Part shown: one piece after another, positions 38,001 through 51,544 of the stretch | How positions within the stretch are numbered: the first letter of the stretch is position 1 | How the letters are laid out: each line of letters begins with the position of its first letter | Source of the DNA: Ascidiella aspersa | Taxonomy: Eukaryota | DNA: 64,000 nt | Direction: 5' to 3' | Assembly (NCBI GenBank): GCA_963924565.1 | Contig: OZ004615.1 | Span: forward strand, 3,100,001-3,164,000 | The notes under the pieces: model-generated | Database searches by the model: none | Seen by the model: only the letters and a program-made list of their open reading frames with translations | Told to the model about the DNA's origin: nothing | Program-made: the position numbers and the translations under genes

Positions 38001-40807
38001 TTACAACAAAGTCGGTTTCGTACTTGGGTGATTTACCAAAAAGACTTATGCCAAGTCAAGGTATTTAAAAACAGCGACTTAAATGAACTTAAGTCAAGTC
38101 ATTGACTTGAAGTCGTTACAACACTGCATATTGTACTTAACCAAAGCTGTGGCATCAACAACACAACCGGTGCGTGGGCGACTTAATTAGCATTGATCAC
38201 TACAGGAATCTTCAAATTACATTCCGCTGCCAAACAAAAGCGCTAATATGGAATATAAATAATGTCACGCCGCATAACAAATACGCTTCCATACAGCAGC
38301 GGCCTACGTTCCCGGCGCCTCCATATGACATAAAGGAAACGCACCAGCGCCTTCCAAACTACTAAATGCGAAGCAAATAATATTAAGGAAGGCGCCTGTC
38401 GTATCCACAAAGAGTGTTCGACTGATGGCTTGTATTCATAAGTGCATGGAATCCAGTTATTGTGTATTGCTCTCTGTGTGCGACCGTTGAGCCTTCAGCG
38501 CCATATTGCCTCCTATCCGGTTCATTAGTTTAAGCCTTTGGCGGGAAACTACAGCCTGACAACTAAAGTAGGATATGAACTATGGATAAATATGCCAATA
38601 CTTTACTATCCAAAATAAGGACGATTTTAGGAAACTTTGATTTTTCAGCGAACTGTCCCTTGACATTTAACATAACACAAATGGATTTACATTTACAGTT
38701 GTTGTTGTTTTTTTTAAATCCGACAAAATAAAGACATATCTCACACTTCTTTAAACGAGAACATTGTTTAAGAAATTATAGACCTTGAAAATCTTGACAA
38801 ATGTTAGATATAAGGGCGGCATGACAGCATATAGCTATGAAACGCTTTATCATATCATTTTCTGTGAAAATATGTATACGAGGCATCGGATGACCAGAAC
38901 TGTTGTTTTAAAGTTATAATTGATGTGTGAATATCTTAAAAAGCACTTTGTAAGGATTCGGATTCAAAACTAAAATTTTTCTACGGAGCTAACGGGTCTA
39001 CATTTTCAAGTTTTTTAATACGCGTTTTATTCACCCGTTCTTAAAAGCTCGATCTTACAAGCGTATTTTATCCCTTTGAAACTTTGAACGCCGTTGAATG
39101 CCAAGTTACAGCTGTTTCAAGTCACATGCTCAATTTTCGGGTCACATGATTTGCGCCGTGCTTTAATCACTTGATTAGCTAAACTGAACTCTGGTGTCAA
39201 ACGCTCGTTTCAGAAATCTTAGTTTGAACTCTTGACAAATTGCGAAATCGAAACCGGCCATATTCTATGGCAAAGGGCTTCTGCGAAATCAGGCGACATA
39301 AAAACAAAACGGGCCCCATAAAACCGAATACATTGTAACGATGGTAATATAAACGTAATATATGTCTCTCTTTATCTCCTAAAATGACTGAATTTGATTC
39401 GGCCAATAATCTGAAGGATATTTTCTATTATTCGAAGTTTTTTTGTCGCCATGCACTTTGCAAGACAAATGGCCAAGAAGCAAAAAGTTAGACTTACAGC
39501 CTTTCAGTATTGAATAAAACATGCTAAACCGTAATAGATTTTAACTGTTTTAATACGAAGAGTATAATCGCGGATTTGACATTTTACACAAGGGGCTATA
39601 TTCGTTTTGCATCAGAATAAAACGACAAGGTAAATTGCACGTTTGCTGTATCTGTAAAGCATATAGTTTCGCAAGCATCGTTTACGACCATTTACCCCAT
39701 ATAATATTCAGTCCGTAAACAGATAATTACCTCCGGACCGTTCATGAGTCACTAGCATGTGATTTGCTTTAATTACCCGGACGCCGGTATAATACACGCA
39801 CTAGGGTGGCAATTCGCATTACGCTATTTAGAAGTACACCAGACATATGCAACAGGCCACGCCGGTTTACTATATAGCTAGTATATAGACCGTTTTGGCT
39901 GGTATTTCCCGTTACGAACTGCTGTCTTAACTACCGGTTAAATACGTGACACTGCTAATGTTGTGGTAAAATATGAGTGACCGGTTTGTGCTGGTTGGAG
40001 CCTTTAAAGGAAAATGTGCTGACCTGTGCCATGGCGGCCGTCTAGAAACGTCAGCACTTAACATGCAAAGTTGCTAATACCGCCAACACAGCGGTAGGGT
40101 ATCATGAATTGCTGAAGACTACCAAGTACAGCTTGTTTAATGCTGCGACAATTCAAATGGGCCCCAAATTTAAGTTGCCAAATGCTTTGTAAATCCGAAA
40201 CTTTTTGACGCTTTTAAGGTTCTATTGAGCTCATTTGTTGAAAGCTGTTAGTTTACCCAGCCCAAAGAGGCGTCAAACTGCTTTTAAACTTGCGAGACTA
40301 AATCCATTGTCATTCGGTACATAGAACCATTCGGCAAGTGTTTGATCTTTTAAAACTTAATGATATAAAAAGTGGGGCGTAGTACCGTTCAAGGCAAATG
40401 CACCCTAACATAATCACGTTTCATCAAATCACCTTGCACCAAATCACATTTAAAGTTTTTATCATCGTACTTTTAGAAGATTCAAGCAAAGTATTGATAG
40501 CCTTACGAGTAGATTTTGTTTTTAGGGTTTGTAATAAGTATGATTGTAACTGGATGACAAAAAGCCATTAGCCCTGAAAGTTAAAAAATTAAACATCAAA
40601 CTAGCCATTTGTACTCCAATCTTCAGCGTAAAATAAATATCGATCAAAGAGTCATAATTCCAAATACTATGCTTAAATATTTATTGTTGTTAAAGTTAAA
40701 TTTGCTCAGTTATCCTAACGTGTGAGTATTTTATTTTTTAGATTATCGGAATCGTTTTCGCTTGCCTTCTAATGCGAACCATAAAAGCACAGTACGAGGT
40801 GGTCTAA
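29014..40807 (+). CDS. CD63: Tetraspanin, CD63-like, 249 aa
   Basis: Exons 29014-29073, 30327-30462, 32332-32384, 32890-32964, 33520-33609, 34631-34730, 36331-36416, 37160-37243 and 40742-40807 (750 nt). Motifs KYLLFAFN, GCCGAYKENYC, FKCCGSLNYTDW, VPDSCC, GC before TM4, and C-terminal YEVV. Confidence 0.93.
35787..36041. mobile_element. Foldback/MITE hairpin (about 103-bp arms, 46-bp spacer)
   Basis: Arms 35787-35889 and 35936-36041 are complementary. Single arms of the same family lie at about 30540, 30700, 34535, 56455 and 61290. Confidence 0.82.
36680..37006. mobile_element. TATCGG/CCGATA family MITE copy
   Basis: CCGATAATATCGG...AAGTATCGGGCATCACTA; collinear with the copy at 45472-45876. 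Confidence 0.65.
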
Positions 40808-42949
40808 AAAGCAAACAACGATTTCTCCGACTTCCCATCCTGGTTTTGTTCAGTAGAAATCTTCTCAGATCCGGGTTCCCATCCGCCTTATTAACCTTTC
40901 TCAATTTTAACCAAAAAAAAAAAAAATCGAATCGTGGACAAATGTTTGTTTGAAACGCGGCTTTCCAAACTGCCTTTTTTGTGTTGCCTTAAGTGTTTTG
41001 CCCTTTTCGAGCAGTTTCTTGTTTAAACTTTTTAGCTTAAAAAAATAGAGTATAATTTCAAAGGCTGTTAAAATGCCGACGTTAGAATTGAACCGGTGAC
41101 AATTTTAGCGTTCCCCTAAATTTAGTTTCGCACCAATTTGTTTGCACAAGCGATGTTTTGCGATTGTGCCTATAGAGAGAAAACTCTACTCGGTCAGTCA
41201 GGCTGAAAGTAACCGCGTTTTGTGATTGAATGCGCTGTTCAGTCGATTGTTTTCATTTCTGTTTTCTGAAGAGCGACTGTCACGAGTTTTTCAAGTACCA
41301 TTGTGAACTTACAGCGCACATGTGTTAGGCCTATTCGTCTTTCCCCTTTTCAACATTTTTTTGAACTTTTTTACACATTGGAATTTTGGAATTGTTTAAA
41401 AGTGAATTGCTTGAAATGGACAAAAGGAAACTAAATTCACCGATTTCTGTTTTTCAAACTTGGCAAGTTTTTTTAGAAAACTTAGAGACACACAAAATGT
41501 TAAAGCGTACAGTGCTTTTTACATGGTACACTTACAATAAATTAACACTTGTGAAACTATAGGGTCGCGGTGTTGGCATTTTTAACCTTTGGATTTATTG
41601 GATAGCGACCCACATATCTAAAAAAAAAACTGTTCACAATTACCACACTTGGCTGTTAACAGCGGTTACTTTAGTTGTTGGCACAGGCGTTTTTACCCTA
41701 TGCTATTTTTTCGTTCTTATTCGGGAACATTATGCGCTGCTGCTAGAAGCTTAAAACTCCTTATGTCGCTTGTCCAAAAGACTTACGTCAAGTTAAGTCA
41801 GTTTGCTCAAAAGACTCAAGTCATTTTAAAACATTGACTTTTGCTCACTTAGGCCAAGTCACTCACTTAAGTCTTGCAACACTGATATGGGTCTTTCATG
41901 TTTAATTTTTATTTAAACAAATTGTTTTGGGTGATTCTCTTGTTGGTTATCTATTTACTAATTTTCGTGGATAACAACTTCACAACCACTATTGAATTGT
42001 ACAGACCTGGCATCATTTACAACCAAAAACACATCCTTTCCAGCTTTTACTTTGTGGGTTTTTACGTTTTAACTTATTCGCCTTTTTCTTTATCGATTTC
42101 GTCAACGGAAAGTACCGAACCGTGCAATATTCCGCTTCCGTTGTTTTGCCTTTGTGACGCGTCAGATGACGTCACCGGTCGCGTTTTTTCCTGTTTTAAC
42201 ACGTCATTATTTGTAACGTCATGTTTTAGTATAGCAAACAAGAGGCTAACCCCTTTAAACCACAAATTCTCACGACATGCACATTTTTCTTTCGTTATAT
42301 TTTGAATTGATATATATTTTGAAAACTACTATAAAATGCATAGGCTTAAAAATTGTATTTTTAAAACAACTGAAAAATGCATTAATACTTTTGCTCACGA
42401 AATATTTTACCTGACGAGACGATTTCTTATCAGCTATTACACAATTTGAGTAATCTTTCATACTGCGGCTATTTTCCCTTGTGCTATAAGTATACGGTAA
42501 CCTTAAGACAACTACACCTTTTTGTATATAAATGTCAACAACAAACGACTGGCCAATAATGTATCATTTTCTGTAATGTAATATAAAAAACTGTTAGTTA
42601 AATAGTAGTTAATAGTTTTTGTTAACAGACTGTAAAAATGCGACTTAGAGAAACTTTTCTAGATTCCTATATTACTGTAAAAATAGTTGTGTTACCCATT
42701 GGTGAAGGAAATATTTTGGTGTTTATAATTTCACTCATGGCCTTCTGTTTTATGTTTTACATCTGCTACACGTTACGTTGCTGTAAATAGTTTTCACCCT
42801 CAAGTTTTCCCTGTGGAAATGCCAGTTGAATTTTCGCGTCGTTTCGCCGCTTTTTCGTCGTATTCGGAAAATCGTGTAGGGAATAAAGTTGCCTTTCGCC
42901 ATTTCTCACAAGTTTGCTTGCGCTGCATGTGAAACAATCATGTCAGGGA

Positions 42950-43341
42950 CAGGGCTGCTGAGTAGTGTGTTTTGCTGGAGTCGGACTCGAGTCCCGAGTC
43001 CGACGTGCGCATGCGCAGTACCAAATCTCGAAATGAAAATTGCCGCCAACTGTAAATTGTGAAGGTGGATTCGCATAATGGTGGATATTTTCCAACCACT
43101 TGCTGTAAGTGCATGAACTATGTGACAGTCATATGACTGGATTGCTGAATATCCACCGTATTTAGCCGCGTAGATAGGCGGAATACAGGCTGAAGAATCT
43201 TGAGCCAGACACGGGACTCGACGAAATCGCATATTTGGCCGGGGTCGGACCCGGGTTAATTTTTTTTTGCCGGAGTCGGACTCAATTGATTGTTTTGCCG
43301 GAGTCGGATTCTGGTTATTTTAAACCGACTACGCAGTCCTG
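42950..43341. mobile_element. hAT-like MITE with GAGTCGG/CCGACTC subterminal repeats
   Basis: TIR CAGGGCTGC...GCAGTCCTG and partial 8-bp TSD GTCAGGGA/GTCAGAGG. A second copy lies at about 44090-44400, with fragments at about 56145 and 57685. Confidence 0.72.
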
Positions 43342-44627
43342 GTCAGAGGAAAATTTGGATTTCAAACTTTCTCGAAAATTTGTGAGCTTTATCGGTGAAA
43401 TTAAAGTAGAATGTTACACGTTAATTCTGAACAAATAGGGTTGTGCGAAGTAATCTTTTAGCTATTTATTTCTGTGCTTAATTTGAATTTAAACTGCAGA
43501 AAAACAGTTAAGGCGAAATAAATTTGAATACAGCAATGCACTGATACGGTTCAAAGTTTGGCATAGTGAACTCACTTTGCTAAAGTTTGCCTACAAACTG
43601 CCCTTTTATTCAATCCTTACCAAATTAAACGCAGATGAACCTTTTTTTTTCTACAAGCCTTTAGCGAAACAGTGGATAGAAGTGGCCAGACTTAGCGAAA
43701 AGCCAATACGAAAAGGCAAGACAATTAACAACAGTTTCGTCGCCTGCTGGTAGCCTTTCTGGAAAGTTCGGGGAAGATATTGGCGCTCAATAATCGGAAG
43801 GATTGGCCTGCCAATCGGCCAATAAGCTTTGTTAAGTCAGCTAGCAAGGGTTTGGCATTTTGATGAGGCCCATTCTGCTGCCAATCTATTCAAACACATT
43901 TAGCGCCACACTTAACAATGCGAAACTGCGGCTGCCGACTCTTGGTTGCTTATGTGCATTGTATTAGTTCAGCGCAATGGAATAAGCAATCCAAACGAAA
44001 TTGTTAATGTATCGGCATATGGCGCTTTCCTGCTTCTGTGTATTTTTTTGGCCTCACGAAAACATACAATGTAAATTTCAGATAGTAGTGCAGTTTTTTA
44101 AAAATCGGGACTCGATTAAGAGAACGTAAAACTACTCGAGTCCGATGTGCGCATGCGCGGTACCAAACTTCGCATCTGATAAGGCAGCAAACTGTAAATT
44201 GTAAAGGTGGAATGGCATGTGGTTATAATATTTTCTAACAATGTATTGTGGATGGATGTATTATATTACACCCCTATGAGTGGATTTCTGAATATCCTCC
44301 TTATTTTACTTTAGTAAATAGGTGAAATACAGGCTGTAGAGTCGGAGCCGGACTCGGGACTTGACGAATTTGTCTATTTGGCTGGACTCGGACTTAGTTA
44401 ATTAGCAGGCATCTCTAATTCCGGTGCAAATCTACTTTGACATAAGTCCACACAAGAAAGGACAACCCTTCAGTTGAAAGTGTATATTGAACAAAACATG
44501 CGCGTCAAACGTTTTCCAACACCGTCTAACGAGATCACAAGACTTGGAAAGTCGAACGCTACTCTGCGGCGATAGTATTTGCTATTTGATAGCTGAGGCC
44601 ACCTTGCGGCCGTTGGTTAACGGTCCA

Positions 44628-47600
44628 TCAACGGCGAGGTGGCGGTGCGGAGTTGAACAGCCAAATAGGTCGATTTGTGCGCAGTTGGTAGGCGTCGATT
44701 CCGAAAAGAACGGCCGCCACGAATCCGCAAATGTCAGCTGAAATTGCATTAGAGATGGTATATTAATGCACAAGTTGGGGAATCATAAATAGTTTAATTT
44801 TAATTAATTTCTGCTGCCAAAGAGTGGGTTGATTAAAAATGACCGAAATATAAATGGAATAAAACAAATTGATAGGTATATTGCCTGTAAAAGCGTCCTA
44901 ATTCAGTTGAATATTAATAACATTACTTTTCTGATTCACATGCAAAAGTTACAGTTACAAGTAATCAACAACAAATTAAATGTTCGTCAAAACCTTGACT
45001 TAGGTTTGCAAGTTAAAGAAAAGCGTAAAAAATTATGATTTCATTTCATTTAAAAAAAATATATATAGCGTGTTATCCACAGTCCTTGTTTATAATTATG
45101 GCTAAATCACACGTTAAAATGGATTTACACATTTTTTATGTGTTTTGCTACCAGTTTTAAACAGGGTTAGGTTAGGTAAGCAACTGTCCCACATGCTATT
45201 GACATTTCTCGAAAAACTATTCTATCCCCCGAAAACCATCAAATAACATACCGGCCAGTCTAGCTCTGCAGGTGTATCCTCTGAACGAGGTACAGTCGAG
45301 AAACCCGGCGTAGACGCAAGCTCCCAGCAAGTAAAGGAGACAGGAGAAAGACGCCCAGAAGAACTCGATAGCACCAAAGCGCATTCGACCGTCAACCGAC
45401 TGCAAAGAAAGGGTGGTTATTCAATATAAAATCAAATCTGTTGTTTGGTTTAAGTCTAAGGGTATTAGGAGTAGGGTTGTCTGATAATTTAGATCGGAGC
45501 CGATACCCGGTGACAAGTGTTAGTATCGGAACTCGTCCGATACTAGGGTGGTATCGGTGCCGATCCGATTCACAATTTACACAGGAATTTCAAGCTTGAT
45601 TTGTGACTCAACTCAGAAATTTCTGCCTTTAAGGGTAAATTTATGTAATAATGGTAGGTTAACAACTGGAGGTAAGTAAGCTTGACGCCAAAGCAAATTT
45701 CGGCTTAATAACATGAAATTATTACATTTGAATATTTCAGTTTATCTGTTTGGCATATTTAAGCATTTCAATGACGTCATTTTGGGGATCAATGACGTCA
45801 TTTGGTATCGGATCGAAACGCTATACAAAATATAGTGTATCGGAATAGGGAAAATGTCAAGTATCGAACATTCTTATTAGCAGTTTAGGTTTCTCGTGAA
45901 TTTTAAACTGGGGAAAGGCCATATGCCAAACTAAAGTGCTTCGTTTTGCACGTTTATTACAACTTTACATGAACGGTTTGAGTTCATTTTGTAATTACGT
46001 TGGCAACCTTGGAATCAACGTTAAAACCATAAAAGTTTTGCGTGTTCGTCATATACCAGCAAATGCGAATTTTGAATGAGTTTTTGTAGCTCGGATAACT
46101 AGCTAAGGGCAATACCGTTACTTGCAATGACTCCTTTCAAATTGACTCACTACTTTATTGGAAAGAATGAAAGACACATACACACATATGTGTTTAATAA
46201 CATCTGTGATCTAGCCCCTCGGAGGCTGCTTTATGACCAACGATTACGGCTTCAGTATCAATAGTAAACCGAAAAGCCATCGCAGACTCGACGAATCTGT
46301 CGATCTATGTTTATTGGAAAGAGTTATACTCGGTTGGGTTAAACGCCAACAAAACAAAAACTTTTACTTAATGCTTACCACTTTTGAGCTGAAATTACAG
46401 ATGTGGAAAAGGTACAACAGACAGGAGAATCCCCAAGCTGTACACCAAGCTATCAGGACGAACAAGCGGGCCTGACTGCATCTGCAATAAGACATTATGT
46501 GGTGGCATCAAGATAACATTAAAAGACAAAACTTTTTAACGAAATTTAAACAAAATGAGAAGAATATCGATTCAGGATTTTTCCAAGCTACAGAACACAA
46601 AGTCAAACAAATGCAGTAAACATTGCCTGAACGTTTCAATAAAGTAACCCGATGTTATTGGACATCCTATAGTTAGGGGTGTAAACCACAGAATATATTT
46701 ACCCGGTTTTTGCGCCTCGCCGACAAACGTAGCTGGTTTCGATGAGCAGGCCGAAAGCACATCCTCCGATCACTAAGATAATCATTCTCCACAATCCACG
46801 CCATGACGTGCCGTAACCTGATTGGTCGATTAAAAGTATAAGTGTTAGAGTTCAGCTAGTGTTATGATGCTATGCACAGAAATGTCTACATGGAAATATT
46901 TTTTTAAATGCGAAAAACGGACAAACAAAGAAGCCGTTTTTAGAAAAAAAAAAATCAGTGTAGTTTTAAAAAAATCTTAATTAATATACTGTACTGCAAT
47001 AATGGTATTTTATTTTGCAATTAAACCTTTCTAGTTTAATTGGTTTCAAATAATATCGCCAATAAACTTAAATACGGCTTTAAAACAAAACAAAAAAACA
47101 AAGGTTGACAGGCTATCTATATTCATAGCGTATATGTCGAAATACATTAACGCCTACAGAAGCATTTAATGCCTGGCTATTTTCATTGGGGGCTTCCCCT
47201 ACAGGAAACAATACCCGGCACGCCCATTGTTTGATAACAATGCGACATTTCTATTGTGTGAAAGTATTTCCGGATAGTCTTTAGAAGTTACTGATTCCAG
47301 CTAAAAACACACATGATGTACGTACACGTACGGTTAATATTGCTATTGTTACTCATATTAAATATAAATTAAAACAAAGGAAAGTTGAAATTGTGTCCAG
47401 TTAGGGTAGTTTTTTCATAAGGCACTGTTAAAGTAGCGATGCTCATAGAACAGTTAATTAATATGTTATATGATTTACAAACGTTTATTGAGCAGTGGAC
47501 AAAATTTTCTACAGGGTGAGGGTGAGTCTTGTAGGCTACTTTTGGTGAGCTACTTAATTTAGTCATTGCAAATAGAAGTTAAATTAATCTGCTGGAGTAT

Positions 47601-50600
47601 ATAGGACCTTTTTTGGTGTGATTTAAAAAATCGATTGTCCCCAATGGCTGCATCCCAAAAGTCCTATTAGTGTTGGAGATCTGCCGGTTTAGAAATAAGT
47701 TTACATGTATTTTTGGCGGAAATTGTTTTTTGAACCGCCCTTAAACAGATTCACTAAAGTTTGACCAAACAGAACGAAATTATGGTAAAAGTTGCCTGAG
47801 ACATAAAAAGGTACTGGTCTATTAGAACCAGACTTGGACAACTACAGATAATTCTAGTTTTCTAATTCACCGAATTAAAGCAAAATGGGGCTAATTTTAA
47901 TTCTAATAGAAGTTTTGACTGGCCCGTATGTTCAAATTCCAATTCTAATCTAATTCGAGTTTTATCAAAAGTGTTACTTTGTCCACAGGCATTTTTTGTC
48001 CTTCACTTTGACCAGATAATTTTAATGACTTAACAGTCATTGACTACATGCCAAAACGTACCAACTCACAAATCTTTGCCATTCACATTTGTTATAAGAA
48101 TCAATTGCGATGTAATTTAAATTGATAGTGACTTGAATAAATATAAACTACAAAAAAACTGAAACGATCATATTTTGATTCTAATCTTATTTGAATAACG
48201 CAAAGAATATAGTTGCCCCAGTCTGATAAAAACATATATAGTGTTATAAAATCAGATTTCCAGCGATAAAGTTTGCCCACCTGTTCCAACTGGAGCATAA
48301 AGGCGTAGATTCTGGGCTTCGAGAATGTAGAAAACTGCCGTCACCATTCCGGCAAATATGGTTGTTAGTTGCTTAGCGCAAGAACAAAATCTGTTCGAAA
48401 AGAGAGCGTGTCAAACACTGATTACGTCATTGGTGACGTCAAAGCACTAGGCACTAGGCTACTGCCATTCGCTAAAAGGGGCTGCTAATTTGTTCAAGTT
48501 GGGAAAAAGCCTTATGTTCCGATTTTAAAAAAAGAGCTGTAATGCAAAAAGCGACCCTTAAAGATGGTGAAACTGAACAAAGTATTATGTTATACTTTTA
48601 AGGTAGTTTCACAATGATTTATTTTGCATTGATTAAAACCGACATTCGGTCAAAAAAGCAATAATAAGTGATAACCGTTTTTTAGATGTGTTACGGACAT
48701 ATGCAGCAGGTAGGATAAGTTAAACCGGCGGGCAAAACCTGGCAAATTAGGGGCGGGTAATAGTTGGGGTTCGAAATTGGGTTAGCGTTGAAGTTCTTAG
48801 GGTATTTTGTGATGAAGTTAGGGATGGGGTTCATGTAAAATGTTGTGCCTTATTCTGGTCGTTTAGGACTTATTCCGACGGATTTAGGACTTAATTCTGT
48901 TGAGACGTTATTAAGGCTATTAGGTATTAGTAATTTTTTGGCCTTGATCCGATCTGTGTTTTATTCCGACCTTGATGTTGTTCTAATTTCAGTTTTATGA
49001 TTGGAGTCCGTTGTAGGTCGTCCTGGTATCGCTTTTTTGGCTAGTCGTTTTGCTTGTGGTTAAGGGTGGCAGTTCGCTTTGTCGCAGCTAGGTGAAATGG
49101 TGGGTTGGGGGGTATTTAGGGACTTACCCCCCCCCCTACAGCCGGGGTCACAATAATTGATACTGAGCTTTATGAAATGGTCATTTAGTTTAAAATGTCA
49201 AGAAAATTTAGCGAAGGTTTACTATTAAGCCGGCGGCAAAGGATTTGGTTAAGGGCCATAGTTTTGATGTCCCATGGTATAGGGTTTGGGGCATTGAGCG
49301 GTTGCTTGCTCATATTAGGGGTTGTTGTTGTGGGGGTTGGGAGTATTTAGGGACTTACCCGGCGCCCCTACACCCGGGGTCACAGTTCCCGAAGAAGCAA
49401 GCGAGAAGGACGGACATCGATACGAAGTTGACGCAGGAAATCCACGACCAGAAGTAGTCGAAAGAGTCGAACGACATTAGGGAGGTGCTTAAGTGGATGA
49501 AGAGGCCTGTAACAAAGTTAAAAAGAAATTGTGTCAAATAATATAGGCAGGGGTAGGGCTGTGGAATCGATTAAAACAACCCGGATCTGAGTCCGGCCAA
49601 CATAATCAACTCGCGTAAAATACTACGGCTGGGGTGTTATTCTACCTCGACCAAGAGATTGGTATTATTTTGATGGGAAAAATTGGTATTATTTGAGTTG
49701 TGAAGTATTGACGTAGATTGAAACAGTATTGCAGGCAGGGATTTCATTTAAAATCCGTTCTTAAGATATGTTTGTGAGAAAATCAGAAATTCAAACTCAG
49801 TCAATGACGTTACTTGCTTTACGCACGCCCCTCACGCGTTCAGCGCATGATTTCGCGCCAAAACGACGCTGTGCGGAACGCCCTTCCGCCTTTGACGTAA
49901 TCTGTTGACGTAACACGGCAAAGCCGAACGCTGGGCGATAAGCCAGGCTGAACTTTAGCGTTGGCTGGAAAGACGCACACAAAAGGTCAAACAAGAGTTT
50001 TTGAGTAAAACCGGTTTTACATGTGAAACATCATCAGTAAAAGACAACGAATTACCAAGCAAGGAAAGTATTTCAGCTTTTGTCCACACCCAACTGCGTG
50101 AATGCGCATATTCATCTACAATGACATTTTTTCTAAGACGTCAAGTTGATGCACAGATAAGAAAATAAAGTTGGAGCACTGTAACTATACTCCTCGATTT
50201 TTTGTGAAAATGATGCATTTAAATGCTAAAGCATATTGTTAATCAGGATAGCCCGACATTGACAGCATATTTAGCCAGAATATTGTAAATATTTGCATTT
50301 TTAACGGGCCACATACAATAGGCTTTAACTCCCTTATTTATATTTGTTTAATATTCGTTTAATTGTTTAAACGTTATTTTATATTATTGTCTATTTTTAG
50401 GAATTGAAGATAAAGTTGCTCCCCAAACACTGAATCAAAACCTACAAATAGTCAACGAACATAGTCAATTTAGGCAACACTGTATTGAAAAATGTTCCAG
50501 GGGGTACAGACAATAATGGGACAGTGGTTATTATATTGTCGTGATTGACGGAAATATGCGTCGAATTATACCTACTCAAAACTGGTAACCCTAAGCTGGG

Positions 50601-51544
50601 CATAAGTGAAGGCAGTGCTCTTGGCACCCCGGTGTGACATTGACATCCGCTTTGCTGTTTGAATAAGGAAGCTGGCTTAAACGACCCGCAGACATAAAAG
50701 TACTTGCAGTTGAAATCAGACTCTCAAAACGTTTCTTGACGCTTCAAGGTGATACAAAACCTTCCTGCATTGAATAATTGACGAGAGTTTGCGCGCCGAC
50801 TGTGTGTGAATAAAACATGAATGGCATTTTAGGATCTAACCGCCCGCAGCGTTTGCCTGTGCGCATTGAAACGACGCTATACGGAGAGAAATTCTTGGCC
50901 TGGCTCTGGCGTTTTGAGCAACTGTCAGGAAATTACGTCACTTGACATGCTGGATTTCTAGGCATGGCTGGTTTGGTTGGGAGTAACGCCCTTTTTGAAA
51001 CCTGAACCAAACAAATCCATAATGACATGAAGAATCCTTTGAAATACCTAAGTTGCTATGATGTGAATTTGTAACAAATAGTAGGTACACATTGAGATAA
51101 AGTTAAGTTTAATTAGGCGGATTTAAAAATTAGGCGGATTTAAAAGCTTAATCAAATGCTGTGTCTTAGAAGATTAATTCCCTACATATTATTAAACAAA
51201 TGTAAAACAATGTCAATAAACTTTTCCCCCTTGTTTATGGCTTGGTGTAACTCTTTTTGTTATTACCACATGGTTTTCCTTTGTTTACATTCGAATTTCC
51301 TTTCGTTTGTGACGTAAACAATGCCGTCCAACTTACCGGTTATGCGAAAAAAGTAGAGCATCAAACTTATGCCCCAGGAAATGATGTAGGCGGCCAGAAT
51401 GAAGGTCTTGGTGCGAGATTCAAGGTATTTCTGGCTGTCTGCGTATATAGCGAACGTTGCACAGCCGAACAGCAGCACCAGAAACTTCCATAAGCCAGCC
51501 TTGGAGCATACATATCCCCCACATGACGAAGTTGTCTCAGGCAT
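44628..51544 (-). CDS. MYADM-like protein with two MARVEL domains, 313 aa
   Basis: Exons 51337-51544, 49359-49506, 48281-48390, 46703-46817, 46379-46481, 45252-45399 and 44628-44737 (942 nt, phases consistent). Eight hydrophobic segments form two repeats beginning GYVCSKAGLWK and GYGTSWRGLWR, and ending FYILEA and LFGIDA. Confidence 0.85.
45472..45876. mobile_element. TATCGG/CCGATA family MITE, full-length single-unit copy (reverse orientation)
   Basis: TAGGGTTGTCTGATA...TATCGAACATTCTTA. Its reverse complement matches 700-870, including one near-consensus 28-bp unit. Confidence 0.75.

Noticed and set aside
44628-49506. Equal exon sizes (148/148 and 110/110 nt) in the two MARVEL repeats as a duplication trace
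   Set aside because: Intron phases differ between the repeats and the last figure includes the stop codon, so the match may be coincidental.
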